The notes under the pieces are model-generated. The model was not told the DNA's origin. It saw only the letters and a program-made list of their open reading frames with translations, and made no database searches. 64,000 nt of DNA from Chrysomallon squamiferum (Eukaryota; Animalia; Mollusca): contig CM022669.1 of assembly GCA_012295275.1 (NCBI GenBank), forward strand, positions 1,302,001 to 1,366,000, in the 5' to 3' direction. This document shows positions 1 to 14,642 of this stretch, one piece after another (positions within the stretch are counted from its first letter, which is position 1; every line of letters starts with the position of its first letter). Made by a program: the position numbers and the translations under genes.

Positions 1-753
1 TTAAGGAATTTAGAGAGAGAGAGGGATGGAAAAAAAAATAAAAGGATCGATCAGGTGATTGATGCGTCCAATCAAGTTGGATTGTTCCACGTCTTGTCTA
101 TCAATTCTGCAGTCGCGGAGAAAAGAATAAAAAAAAAAAAAAAAAATAAAAAAAAAACCGCGGCTGAATGCAACATGGTAGTTAATTCGACCGTAATTTT
201 CCAAACAGAATTTAGAAATTATTTTTCTGTGTTGTGAGACCCGTGTAGCTCGTGATTTTATTTTTATAAATCTAGTGATTTCTTGTGGCTGCGGCGCGGA
301 GATAAAGACTCGCGGTAATGAAAGTAATGGGTAGAATTACTGCAGATTTGAAAATAATTTACTTGATTAAGAGAAATAGCGCGGTGTGTCAAAGGGTCTT
401 TGTTGTAGCAGACTTTCTGACGCAAAGTCAAAAATTAAAGAAAATACTTTTTTATGTTTGCAGAAACATTTTACTTAGTATTAGTTCCTGACACTAACAG
501 CTTTGTGCAAGCAGAGACAGAGAGAAAAAAAAAGAAGAGAAAATGAAACAAATACGGATTAAAAAAAGAGATAATTGAGTATAAAATTTAAAATAAAAAA
601 CGGTTGATTTCAGTGGTCATTAAGTAAGAATTTTGTCTTAAATAATAATAATAATAACAATAAAAATAATAATAACGGATAAAACAACACCGTATTTAGG
701 TAACATTTCAAACAACAATAGTAATCTTCTCAAATATAAGGAAAATTCCGAAA

Positions 754-755
<2 letters not shown>

Positions 756-837
<82 letters not shown>
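756..837. repeat. (CT)n microsatellite
   Basis: Uninterrupted CT dinucleotide run. Confidence 0.97.
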
Positions 838-840
<3 letters not shown>

Positions 841-1276
841 GCACTTCTTTTTCTTTTTTCTTTCTTAACACCAATATCCGTTCTACAGAAGTGTTAATCA
901 ATTAATTCTACATTTTTTCTTCTTCAACTTCTTGTTCTTTGACAACTTCAAAATGTCCGCCAGATCGCTTTCTTTCGCAAGTTAAAAGGACTACATTCCA
1001 AAAATTTTAATCAATACATATTCGCCGCCATGGGAAACGTGTGGGTAGTTTTATCTTTCAGTGGAATTCTTGCACCGGTCAACGCTTATCTAATTAACAA
1101 TGACGTCATAATGCTTTGACGTGGCTGGGGCTAGACAGAAAAGAAATCTATACCCAGACAGATCAAAGCAGATAAGTTGCAATTTCAACTATAGCTGGCC
1201 AACGGTGAAAACAATTCTCATCTATTTTGCTGTATTGGTGTAGTTAATATATCATCAACATCATCATCCTTCCCAT

Positions 1277-1295
1277 TCTTCTTCTTCTTCTTTTC

Positions 1296-1326
<31 letters not shown>

Positions 1327-1617
1327 TTATTATTATTATATTTGTAATAGTTGTTGTAGTAGCAGCAGAGGTAATAGTACTTGTAGCAGTAGTGGTAGCA
1401 GTAATAGTAGTGGTGATTATAATACTAGTAATTGTAGTAGTAATAGTAGTACTACTGGTAGTATTAGTGGTAGTATTAGTAGTAATAGTAGTAACTGAAA
1501 TAATAGTAGTAACTGAAGTAGTAATAGTAGTAATAGTAGTAATACTGGTAGTATTAGTTGTGGAAGTAGTGATAGTGGTAGTAGTAGTAGTAGCGGCAGC
1601 AATAGTAAAGGCAGCAA
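1277..1617. repeat. Compound (CTT)n-(ATT)n and degenerate (GTA)n low-complexity tract
   Basis: Visible trinucleotide periodicity; source of the poly-Thr and poly-Val ORFs. Confidence 0.9.
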
Positions 1618-2229
1618 TACTTTTTGTATCATTCACAACTGGACTTAAAACAGACGAAAAAAAAAACAAAAAACAAAAAAAAAAAACCTTTGCGGCAACA
1701 CAATTTAACTTTGTGTGTTGAAGATTGTCCTAATTCTATTTCTGCTTGAATTATTCTCCCGTGCTACTTCGAATTTGATTTCATCTCTGATATAATAAAT
1801 AAAAAGGTGAATCTAATATGTTACGTCTGCTCGCACAAAAGAAGAAAATAAGGAGGGACTCGAAAGGAAACAAATCCACGAAGTGTTTGTCCTACAGCAG
1901 TTTTAATCGCATTTTCTCAGATCGTGTTTTTTCTTATTTCAACTTGCAAATGCCTCGTTCGTGAATTTCTCTTTCCTTTCACCGCTGCTGTACTCGCGGG
2001 TTCGAGGCACGCCGGTCGTGAGAGGAATTGCCCGGCTGGAATTACTACAACACATTTCTCTACACACAGCCGCTGACTGCGCCTTTCTGCAGTCCGAGCT
2101 GAACACGTCTGAGAGCACTAATCTAATAAAGTAGAGAAAAGACTCGAGTTTTGTTTGTTTCCAGCCTTCTCTTGTTTGTCCTCACTCTTACACTGCTTCA
2201 TCGACTTTCTATACCGGTAGCTTTTAATT

Positions 2230-2257
2230 ATATTATTATTATTGTTATTATTATTAC

Positions 2258-2315
<58 letters not shown>

Positions 2316-2377
2316 GATTACTATTATTATTATTATTGTTATTGTTGTTATTATTATTATTATTATTTATTATTATT
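2230..2377. repeat. (TAT)n microsatellite
   Basis: Imperfect TAT run. Confidence 0.95.
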
Positions 2378-2472
2378 TAAATATGGTAAGTAAATTTATT
2401 ACTTAGTTATAGCATTCTTAGAAGTAGTTTGTATCTAAGTATATCTGCATACATACCCAGACATATATACAT

Positions 2473-2517
<45 letters not shown>

Positions 2518-4066
2518 ATGAAAGCATGTAAGTAAGAATATAAAATTCAGAGTTGAATGTAAACAGAATTAGTCACTTATTGTTGAATGTCTCGCAGTAG
2601 ATTCCTGTTTGATGATTAAAACGCAAAAACGATTCTAATGCATCTGTTTCTGAAAAATTATATTGACGCTGCAGTTCAAAGCATTGATAACCAGAAGTAA
2701 AAACGTAGCCTGTGAAAGGAGAAGTGTTCTTCTACATAAAGATCTGATAAAGATGTATTTTCTGATGTTGACAAGATCTGATGAAGCAAGTAAAACAGTG
2801 AAATGTGTCTGGGTCTGAATCAAATGTGCTGAGCAAGATGACAGAAGAAATTCATTGTACGACATCAGTGGAATGTGACGGACTCTGAAATCCTATCAGA
2901 ATATCTTCCTGACAGAGACAGAAAGAGAGGAGAACATTGTATACACACAAGTTTATGTGAGCACAGCTATGAGAGAAGAAACCCGGAGCGCGATGAAAAA
3001 CTGTATTTCCATCATGAGCAACCAATCCACAAACAGAGAGAGGTGCTGCCTAGAACAGGAAAACCAGAGTGGTAGCACGAGACGCAGAGACTGGATAGTT
3101 TCCTGAGTACAGAACGTGGAGAGAAACGTCTACAACGCTTAGTGGTTTATCTGTTATTTCTGGGAGTTTTGTGAACAAATGTACTCACCAACGACTGGTT
3201 TTTGATTGTAATCCTTGTAATAGATTATAGATTGTAGTTTAATATTAAAACTTCGTGTTTATCAAAAGATAATTATGATTTAAATTAATCAGAAATCTAC
3301 TTTTACTAGATAACTAGCGGTCTCTCTAATAGCAGGACAGCACGTATCAAAACGTTAAAAAATCGAAGAACTAATAAAATATATATCCAAGCTTGGATGC
3401 AGCTTGTTTCTGCAAATGTTACATAAATTTAATTCTGAGATAAATTCAAATATGACTACACTTCCAGCACTTTACCTCTGTCAGTTTTGCAGTGAATTAT
3501 TAATGAGAAATTCTCTAAAAACTACAACAACTTTCTTCACGTTGATATTTAACTGTATTTTTCTTTGTTTTCGTAAATAATTTGTAAGGACAAACAACCG
3601 CGCGTGAAATCACCTCATTTACTGCGCACCACTCTCGCAGTGTTCCGCTTCCGGAATGAGACGGTGTTTAAGTAAAATATGGCAATTTGACTTTTTTATC
3701 CCCTTTCTTTACTGAATTCGTTCTAGTCACAAACACATCGCTAATTCTGAGAAAATGAAGAAAAACAATCAAATAATCAGATGAGAAAGAAAAACATTTT
3801 TAATCTAACAAAGGAAATGAATGATTAAATGAATGAATGAAAGAGTGAATTAACAAATACAGAGCGGATGAATAAATAAATGACAGAAGAGGGAAAAGAC
3901 ATTTTGGTTCATTACGTCATCCTACTTGATTAGTTGTTGTTAGATTTCGAAATGAAGAAGAAAACCACTAAAACTCTGCCACTAATCAGCATCATGTTAT
4001 TCTTAGATCTAACTTACAAGTTAACCAAAATTATGTGAACATAGAAAATAAAGAAGGTACATATAT

Positions 4067-4070
<4 letters not shown>

Positions 4071-4163
<93 letters not shown>

Positions 4164-4170
4164 GACAGAC

Positions 4171-4208
<38 letters not shown>

Positions 4209-4252
4209 ACACACAGAGAGAGAGAGAGACAGACAGAGAGAGAGAGAGAGAG

Positions 4253-4289
<37 letters not shown>

Positions 4290-4290
4290 C

Positions 4291-4374
<84 letters not shown>
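4071..4374. repeat. (AG)n microsatellite with ACAG interruptions
   Basis: About 300 bp polypurine tract. Confidence 0.97.
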
Positions 4375-4376
<2 letters not shown>

Positions 4377-6486
4377 ATAATGTAAAAAGGGGACTACGTG
4401 TAACAAATCAGAGAAGTAATTAAAATAAAGTGAGTTTTAAACTGACAACAGTGACACAACCCACTGCACTCCGCAAAACGCTGACGATAAAAAAAAAATT
4501 AAAAAATGTTTAAATAGAATTAAAGTAAAAAAAAAAAAAATGTACAATAAAAAATATCTGATTGATTCAAGGAAATAAATCGGTTTCTTCCTCCTCCTAA
4601 TTTTTTTAGTTTTTTCTTTCACTGTTTTTTTTTTCTCTCTCTTTCTCTCTTTTATTACAACCTTTTTCTGTTTTCTTTTTCCTTTTCAAATTACAGATCT
4701 GGTTTTGTTTTTTTTTACTGTTGATTCTTTCTTTTTTTTAATTTGTAGTCGTCCACGAATGATCTGTAATGTTTTCTGTTGTTTTTTACTTCATTTTTGA
4801 CTTCACTTTTATTTTAGTTACTTTACTGTTTGTCCTTTTTAATCTTCATCAAACTGACAGAGAAAAAAATGTCACAAATACACACACATTCAATAATGCA
4901 TAAATTATATATTCTAAAACACATTCACAAAACCAACAATAATTATTCAGATATTATATCGTTAGAAATACACACACATTCATAAACACAAACATATTCA
5001 CAAAAACATACACATTCAACAACAACAACAAATAAAAAATAATAATAATATATATTTTTTTTAAATATATGACTTTTTTATATACAGGTGTAAACAAATC
5101 CACTGATCATTACACACGTATAAATGCTCTCTCATCGTTACACATATATATAATGATGCATACAAGGAATAATTCTGTGAAATCTCGTCTGTATATATTG
5201 TTTATGTTCTTAACCAGTACAGAAACAACAATTTACAGTCTTATCTTTTAACTAGAAAAGCACTAACAGCAAGTTACGTCAGTTTCGATGTCTGATTATC
5301 AATATAATGAAAGCGAATCCACTGCGACGAGCGACCGTCTCGTTACAGAAATCAGTTAACTACAGCTTTCTTTATTTCAGTCAGAACGAAACACGCAGTT
5401 TCGACCGTTTTGTTGAGCGGCTCACATAACTATTGACGTTATCGACACCAGCATACTCCTAATTTATACAACTAAAACATTTACTTTAATGATTTAATGA
5501 ATAGAAATAGAAATAAATACGTACTTAATAATTCCGTCTGTTCATCCATCCATACACAATGTATACATAAAAACACAAGTACAAACAGAAATATAAATAT
5601 GCCATTCATACAGATATCCCATATATACAACACACACACACACATACTTCCACTCATAGAAAGAAACACACGCACAAATAGAGATTCAGTGATATACAGA
5701 AATTAATTTTAGAAAGTACATTAGTAATTCACGATAAAGTCTAAGTGTTGTGTGTTTTTCAGTATTGCCTCAGCAGCAGACAGTCTCACGTAGAAATAAT
5801 TAATAACTCGAACAATTAATGTTAACATATCAGATTAGCGCTGAGTTCACCTAATGGTAAATAGGTTTTAGCAAAACACTTTTGTTTGTACAACTAAATA
5901 TTGCTTAATGTAGATTTCACCCTGTTTTGCGTCGATTTAATTTTGTCCTAAGTTCAAAGCAACCTGACTGAACTCTGCTTACATGGAATAACTGCCTATT
6001 TAATCTCACTCAAAACAAATCACAAAAAAAAAATCATCCCTATCTGGTAAATTTAACTGAATTTTTTTATTTTATTAATAACATTTCTGACATTCAGTTA
6101 TCTCAAATAAATCGCGGAATTACATACTAGAGCGAACTTCAAAATATTATTAAACTTACAAAAAATCAAGAAAAAAAGGAAAATAAAAAAAAAATCATAA
6201 TAATAAATCATAAAAATAAATAAATAAAACAGACATGGCTAGAGAATAAAAAATAATCCTGATAGAAATTTGGACTTTTCGTTTATAGCTTGCAGAACAG
6301 CCAACGATTTCATTAAATAACATTTTTTTAAATATAAATTATCTTTTTATCACCGCCTTGAGGTTCAGAATGTAAAAGAATAAAACTTAAATACAATTTA
6401 TTTTATATAAACGTAATAATAATAATAATCTTTCGAGAAAATAACATGAAATTATCTCTATTGTGTTTCAGTAAAAAGATTTGTTT

Positions 6487-6533
<47 letters not shown>

Positions 6534-6635
6534 TTTTAAATCAATACTTTTTTAACATTTTATACGACGCGGATGAAAAGCTGTCGGGAGTAAGGTACTC
6601 GAGTTCTGGTTTCTGCTCATTTCTAACTGGGAACC

Positions 6636-6751
6636 GTACACTTACTTCATCTAACATACTAACACCGTCACGGGAAGATAACTCGGGAATCGTGCTGCTG
6701 TACACTTACTTCATCTAACATACTAACACCGTCACGGGAAGATAACTCGGG
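6636..6751. repeat. 52-bp perfect direct duplication with 12-bp spacer
   Basis: GTACACTTACTTCATCTAACATACTAACACCGTCACGGGAAGATAACTCGGG at 6636-6687 and 6700-6751. Confidence 0.93.
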
Positions 6752-7306
6752 TGCAGAACGTGCGTTCCCTGCAGACGTGAACTCTGAGAGAATTTGAGCA
6801 AATTTCAAACTGAGTGAATCTGGATATCGCTATGACTGAAGTGTTGTCACCGACAACGTTGTGGGCTCATGTTAATGTTGTATTCATCAGAACTAATGCT
6901 GGCAATCCTGCCTAAGCCTCAGCAAATGAATACATACATTTACAATGAGTGCCAGAATCTGGCGTGTGTTAATTGTTCCGGTCTCATGGGCACGAATTTA
7001 CGTCATTCGTATTCGTCACGTTGATCCCCTCTGTGCACGTCGCTCTCTAACACAGAGCTTTGAATATTTCTTGTATTTGCATGTCCCTGATTTCACATCA
7101 CACAAGTATAACTGTTTTACTGCAATAATGAGTAGTTATATATCTTTTATTATTTTCATAAAAGGACACAAGCCATAAATACTCCTTACCTAGAAATAAT
7201 ACTGTTTTTATCTATTTATTTTTATTCTCAACAGTTTGTACTTTTTTCTTGTATTTTTGTTTTTTTAAAAGAATAAACTTAAAGTACACTATTTCCTTGT
7301 TTTCTG

Positions 7307-7762
7307 ACACACACACACACACACACGTATATTAATAACTGTAGCACTCATCGTTTTTGCATGTATGTATATATAGACACACACACACACACACGTATAT
7401 TAATAACTGTAGCACTTATCGTTTGTGCATGTATGTACATATATATATATAGACACACACACACACACACACACGTATATTAATAACTGTAGCACTTATC
7501 GTTTGTGCATGTATGTATATATAGACACACACACACACACACACACGTATATTAATAACTGTAGCACTCATCGTTTTTGCATGTATGTATATGTATAGAC
7601 ACACACACACACACACACACGTATATTAATAACTGTAGCACTTATCGTTTGTGCATGTATGTACATATATATATATATATATCTATATACACACACACAC
7701 ACACACACGTATATTAATAACTGTAGCACTCATCGTTTATGCATGTATGTACATATATATAT
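7307..7762. repeat. Composite minisatellite: (CA)n plus ~50-bp core, 6 copies
   Basis: Core CGTATATTAATAACTGTAGCACTYATCGTTTKTGCATGTATGTA at ~7326, 7394, 7474, 7546, 7620 and 7708, each preceded by a (CA)n run. Confidence 0.93.
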
Positions 7763-7800
7763 TGTTGTAAATATCAGCATCATCATCGTCATCATTTTTA

Positions 7801-7864
<64 letters not shown>

Positions 7865-8233
7865 GTTACATGGTAAACTAAAAATATGTAACTAAAAGAT
7901 CAATATCAGAATTCATGAAATTGACAGTATATTGTTATTATATAAAAACTAATATTTATTATAAAAAAAATATAAAATTAACAAAGTAATTAATTAAATA
8001 ATTATCTCACAACACCACCACCACCTTCACTACCAACAACATCATCAACAACAACAGTAAAATCATATTTAAAATTAAATAAATGACTATATTAAGAATG
8101 ATAGGCTAAAGGTTAAAACGTTATGACGTCATAAACGAGCGACGTCAGATAAACTTGTTACAATCTGATCGTGTGGTATCTAGCTGATGTCTTTCTGAAT
8201 TCGTTGTTTTAAATTTAGGAAAATATTATTTGC

Positions 8234-8273
<40 letters not shown>

Positions 8274-8779
8274 CTACAAATGAGCTATGAAACTAAAAAA
8301 AAAACATCTGAATCAATAGCGTCTTTTCGTTTTCTCTAACATGAAATGTGTTTTTACAAAATCAAGCTGAAAGCGCATGCCGCCGCTAACAGTGGAAGCG
8401 ATGGACAATCAGAATATTTATGAAGATGGTTATAAACTTGTTTGCTTGTACAGGATATTTCCGTGTCACTTTACCAATAAATCCATAGCGATACCTCATT
8501 TCAACAAGCACACACCAGACTCGCTTAGTTATAACAGAAAACTGAATAGTGTTTACTTAGTTATTTTATTTCATTTCATTTTATTTCATTTTATTTTATC
8601 TTATTTTTTTTTATTTTTTTTTATTTATTTATTTATTGATTTATTTATTATCATTATTACTGTTGTGTTTTTTTGCTGAAAAACAGTTGAATGATAAATA
8701 ATAATAATAAAATATACACACATATAACTTTATTCTCACATAAACATACGCTCTCACTCACATATACACTTGCTCACAC

Positions 8780-8783
<4 letters not shown>

Positions 8784-8863
<80 letters not shown>
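8784..8863. repeat. (AG)n microsatellite
   Basis: Uninterrupted AG run. Confidence 0.97.
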
Positions 8864-8865
<2 letters not shown>

Positions 8866-9285
8866 ATTAATTTGTTTTATTTGTATTTTTTTAATTTCCA
8901 CTCAACGTAAACGAACCCGACACGCTGGGTTCTGTTTGAGGTTTAGATAAATTATTAATTCTTGTTTAACACTAAACATACACTCAGACTCACAGACTCT
9001 GGCGCCACTACTTTGTGCAGAACGTTTCAACTGGTTAATTTTTTTACAAAGAGAAGTTATATGATGCAGAAACAATTATTTAAAAAAAATTTATTGTTGT
9101 CGGGAGAACACGATAGCGCTGTAGTGACTGACAAAACTATTATTATTATGTTCTTTCTCTTTGTACTGCAAATTTATTTATTTCATTTATTTTATTTTAT
9201 TTTATGTTATTTTATTTTATTTTATTTTTCATGATTATTATTTTCTTAACCTGTACCTCAATTTAATACTTTTTAATTGAGCACG

Positions 9286-9287
9286 TT

Positions 9288-9318
<31 letters not shown>

Positions 9319-9369
9319 TTGTGTGTGTGTGTTTGTGTTTGTGTGTGTGTGTTTGTGTTTGTGTGTGTG

Positions 9370-9420
<51 letters not shown>

Positions 9421-9658
9421 TTATGTGTGTGTTTGTGTGTGTGTGTATGTGTTTGTCTGTGTGTGTGTTTGTGTTTGTCTGTGTGTTTGTGTGTGTGTGT
9501 ATGTGTGTGTATGTGTGTGTATGTGTGTGTTTGTGTTTGTGTGTGTGTGTTTGTGTGTGTGTGTGTTTGTGTGTGTGTGTTTGTGTGTGTGTGTGTTTTT
9601 GTGTGTGTGTGTTTTTGTGTTTGTGTGTGTGTGAGTGTGTTTGTGTATGTGTGTGTGT
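9286..9658. repeat. Imperfect (TG)n microsatellite
   Basis: TG run with TT/TA interruptions. Confidence 0.96.
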
Positions 9659-10131
9659 ACTGGTTATATTAATATCTCGCAAGTGGGGAAGGGTAAATGT
9701 TAAAAGTATCTCAAAGTCTACAATGTATCGTAACGATTAGTTTCTTCTGAGGGATAATTTATCATGTTGCTGACGTTGTCGTAGTTGCTCTCGTTTCTAG
9801 GAGAAGCTAATCATCGAGGCTGATTTGTTCAGTGTAAATAACAAAGTGAAACGTCATCGAAAAGGAGATAATTGTGAGCTGGAACTTTAATAAGAAAAAT
9901 GTGAGATTCTGGCAAGTCTGAAGTCTCAAGTTGAACATCCAATGATAATTAACAGAAAAACAAATTAAAACCTCGAATTAAAGATTTGCCTTCCATATCT
10001 GGATAAATGGTTCATTTATTTCGAGGTAGTTATTTATTGTTTTTCATTACTTTTATTATTCCTTCTTTTTACTGTCTTTCTTTCCTCTCTTTCTCACTCG
10101 TGCTTTTAATGATTCTTCTTCTTCTTTTTCA

Positions 10132-10177
<46 letters not shown>

Positions 10178-10860
10178 ATGACTAATAATTTAATGACTAG
10201 GACTGGAAGTAACATAATTATTATTTAATACCAGTTATAGAAATACGACACGGAAATCCAGAAATGACGTCACTGGTCTATTTTGAGTATAAAAGAAATA
10301 ATTCGTTTCGACTAGCTGGCAGTTGATTTCGTTAAAGAGTTTGACTGGTGGAGGACGCAAAACAAACAGTCCGAAGAATAAAACAAACACAGCTATTACT
10401 TTCTGATTGGTTACGCTCAATGACCGCAAACATCCCAATTTTCCCGAATGCTTTCCCCTGGGACCCAGTAAGAAGTGGCTATTTCTGTAGACGCTTCATT
10501 AATTTTGTAGAACAGCGAGAGAAACGCTGGCGACACCAGCGTCCACTGAAACGTCACAAACAAATATTTGTTGTGTGTAGTCGCTGGAATTACACGCTTT
10601 CTCCATCGTCCCCTTCAGACACATCTCCGAGGCGGGACGTAGGGGGGATTTTTGCCCTTGCATGTCTGTGAGATCGATAATCGTGCACAATAACGCTAAT
10701 GGATCGGTCGTTCTGCGGCAAAGCTAAATAGTTAATTGTGTTTCGTTATTATGTTTACTCAATTCACTAACTTTTGAGCTCGGCAAACGATTGCGATAAA
10801 CACATTTGATATTTCATTTCGATTCTGTACTTTAAAAAAATCTTATTTATTTCAAGTTAT

Positions 10861-10864
<4 letters not shown>

Positions 10865-10945
<81 letters not shown>
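10865..10945. repeat. (CT)n microsatellite
   Basis: Uninterrupted run. Confidence 0.97.
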
Positions 10946-10948
<3 letters not shown>

Positions 10949-12702
10949 TATAAATATAACAGCTATGTAAAAGAATTCAGTGTTTTTATCTAACGTGATT
11001 CAGTTTTTTGACAATTTGAATCGTTCTGACTTCTCTTTATCTTTCAAATTACATAACTGCTTGATCGACCAGCTTGCTAACAGATTACAACACACAGATT
11101 ACAGTACAGAGCAGAACTAAATTGTTAGTAAATCAATAAAAGAGGAGAGAAATAAAAGAGATAAAGGAAGTAAAAGGAATAATAAAAGAATCTGGATGAT
11201 ATTAATAATCAAATATGCAGCTCGTTGAGATTATTTCTGTAGTTATAAATCATTTCCGTGTTTGTCTCAGAGCAGAGATTATAGCTCTCTGATTCACGTA
11301 ATTATCTTTGTTCTTTAACAATTACAGGTTATTAAAGTGAAAGAAAATAATAATTAGACTTAAAGAGGAAAACTGATCAGGCGCAGTGAAAAGGACAACG
11401 GCTGTGGGTTTACAAAAAGTGAGTCTCTCAGTTTCCCTCCTTGACGCGAGACATTTGATAAAGTCAGTTTTAGAATTTTTATTTTTCAATATTTGATCGT
11501 CTCTGATTGTTTGTTATAAAAACGTCTGACATTTAACCCGACAACTGAGGCTTTTCAAATGTGGGACAATGGTAGGCAGTCTCAGTTTGAAAATTAGCTT
11601 CGATTTATCCCGCAGAATCAAGCGCCAGTGCTGCCAGCGATCCCAGGCAAATCGATCAAGTAATTACACGAATTGTTCGGAACACAGAAAATGTTGCAAT
11701 TCACTGCTTTAAACAGAGACGAGTGATGAAAACTAGAGTAGCGGCATTTCTGACCATGCATCCCGTAACATGTTTCTTCACAGACGTCATCGCGTTTGAT
11801 GTGCAGAATTCAGCGATGTAGGAAAAGGAAAGGTTTCATAGACCGATAAATAGAAGAATCTTTTTTTTTTTTTTTTTTTTTAAATGAATCTGAGAGAGAA
11901 AGCCATGGAAGCGACCCTTCCCGCTTGGCAGGATCAAATTGCTGCCAGTTTAATTAACATGTTGATGTGTGTGTGCGCGCCATCTCTCTAACCTCTACCA
12001 ATTGATCATTCCAGTAAATACACGTTGTCTGCAAGTCGCTTAGTTATACATGTACGCAACGCAAATATAAAAACTGAAAGATATTACGAAATGGAAAAAT
12101 TAAACAGAGGATAAAAAGATATCAATCATATAAAAAACAAAAAAAAAAAAAAAAAAACATGCTGTAATACGTCAATGAAGACAGAAAGAAAGAAAATATC
12201 AGAAAGGATGAAAGGAAAGAAAGATTGAATGATGTAAGAAAGAATTAAATAAGAAAAAAAGGGTTAAAGAAAAACATTTTAGTTATTTTGTTCTCTGTGA
12301 AAACTCATTTACACTGTTTAGTCATCTTTAACACCATTATCCCTGTTGTCCTCTTGTTTTACCAAATCACTTGATTTATTTATTTATTTATTCATTCATT
12401 CATCCATTCATTCTCTGTTTGGGAAACCACAATGTAGAAATAGAAAAAAATAAAACTAAAATCTGTAATGAAACACTTTACCTCGATCAGAACTCAGTAT
12501 GTTAAAGAATTTCCAAACATTTTTCAAGTCTTGTATTTCACTTCAATCAGTCCATCATTTGTTCACTGTCTGGCTGTAAGTTGTGTACTTTGACTTACAT
12601 GATTGGTATGATATATACATCTTAGTTATTACTACTGATAAATAAATAAATAAATAAATAAAAAATATAGTAATCATAAACACCAAAACGCTGAAAGTTA
12701 AA

Positions 12703-12757
<55 letters not shown>

Positions 12758-13496
12758 TCAGCAATACAGAACGAACAACAACAGCAGCAGTAACAATTGT
12801 TTTCAGTTTTAATTTTCTTAAAGTACGCCTTTCAAGTTTGTTTTGTGTGTTGAGAGATCACAGAGACATTCACAGCCAGGAATTGGAACTCGTAACGAAT
12901 CACGCGTAGTAATCTCTGTGACTTATTTCATAGCATGTCAAATGATGGTTATACACGATAAGTGCACCACAATCCTGGTATTGATGTAAAATCAGCTGTT
13001 CTACAGAGACTTTTTACTTAGTATAAAAATAATTTGAAATCATATACGTTTCGTTAGAAAAAGTATGTGAATTGTGATTATAAATCTAAAAAAAATAATT
13101 TTGAAATATGCTGAAATAAGTCAACACTATTTAACAAATTAATTAAATCCTTTTGTATAATAATTCTTAGTACTTGAAAACTATATATTTATATATTTGA
13201 TGAGTGGCAGGAGATGGGTACTAAGGCACCAGTACAGCGTTAATTAAACGATTATTTAAAAGCGATTGCCAGGTATAGGTATTAATCGATGTAATCTGTG
13301 AGTCATTACACAACGTCATAACTCACACAGATCGATACAGAGAAAGAAACGAAAAAAACCCAGACTTTATTATTTTCTTTCTTTTTTGATCACTTTATCC
13401 ATATCTCTGTGTGTCTGTATCTGATACCATTCATTCGTTCATCCCTCCCTCCGTCTCACCGTGTTTTTATTTCATTTGTGTGATTACGAAGAGCTG

Positions 13497-14172
13497 ATCA
13501 GTGAAATAAATAGCTCATTACTCACTACAGTGAAATAAATAACTCATTACTCAAATCAGTGAAGAAATAACTCATTACTCACATATCGGTGAATTAAATA
13601 ATTCATTACTCACATCAGTGAAATAAATAAAACAACTCATTTTTCACATGAGTGAAATAAATAACTCATTACTCAAATCAGTGAAGAAATAACTCAATAC
13701 TCACATCAGTGAAATAGATAACTCATTACTCACATCAGTGAAAAAATAACTCATTACTCACATGAATGAAATAAATAACTCATTACTCAAATCAGTGATA
13801 AAAATAACTCATTACTCACACATCGGTGAAATAAAGAACTCATTAGTCATGTCAGTGAAATTTATAACTCATTCCTCACTTCAGTGATATTTATAACTCA
13901 TTACTTATATCAGTGAAATAAATAACTCATTACTCATATCAGTGATATTTATAACTCATTCCTCACTTCAGTGATATTTATAACTCATTACTTATATCAG
14001 TGAAATAAATAACTCATTACTCATATCAGTGATATTTATAACTCATTCCTCACGTCAGTGAAATAAATAACTCATTACTTATATCAGTGATATTTATAAC
14101 TCATTACTTATATCAGTGAAATAAATAACTCATTACTCATATCAGTGAAAAATAACTCATTACTCACATCAG
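13497..14172. repeat. ~29-bp minisatellite (~23 copies)
   Basis: Consensus ATCAGTGAAATAAATAACTCATTACTCAC, with GTGATATTTATAACTC variants in the 3' half. Confidence 0.95.
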
Positions 14173-14596
14173 ATAAACTAGGAACTAATATCACACTTCA
14201 GACCTGTGGTTCTGTGATCACGTGACTATACAGCTAGAGTTAGAGGTGTGTGTTCAAGTATAAAGAATTACGTGGTTAACAAGGAACTTGATAACACAGA
14301 CACAGAAAGTTTTTCTGTGTAGTCCAGAGCTCACTCGTTGTCTGTGACATCATTTCATACTTGTTACAAACTCAGTATAACTTCAATAAATCTCATGTAC
14401 TGGTTTTGTTGTTGCTGGTTTCTCTTTACGTTTATTACAGTCTGTTGTGAAAGCTCGATTAATTTAGAAAACAATTTAGAATTGAAAGAATTTATTAAAA
14501 CATATTTTTTTTATATAAATACTATTTTCCTATTTCTCCCGTGTTTTTGGGAGAATACTGGAAAAATTCCGCAAGAAGAAGAAGAAGAAGAAAAAA

Positions 14597-14642
<46 letters not shown>

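Noticed and set aside
1244-1721. Mucin-like poly-Thr and poly-Val ORFs
   Set aside because: Degenerate (GTA)n low-complexity DNA; no splice or domain context.
13497-14172. CRISPR-like appearance of ~29-bp (and 36-37-bp) repeats
   Set aside because: Units are head-to-tail with no unique spacers, there are no cas genes, and the context is eukaryotic.
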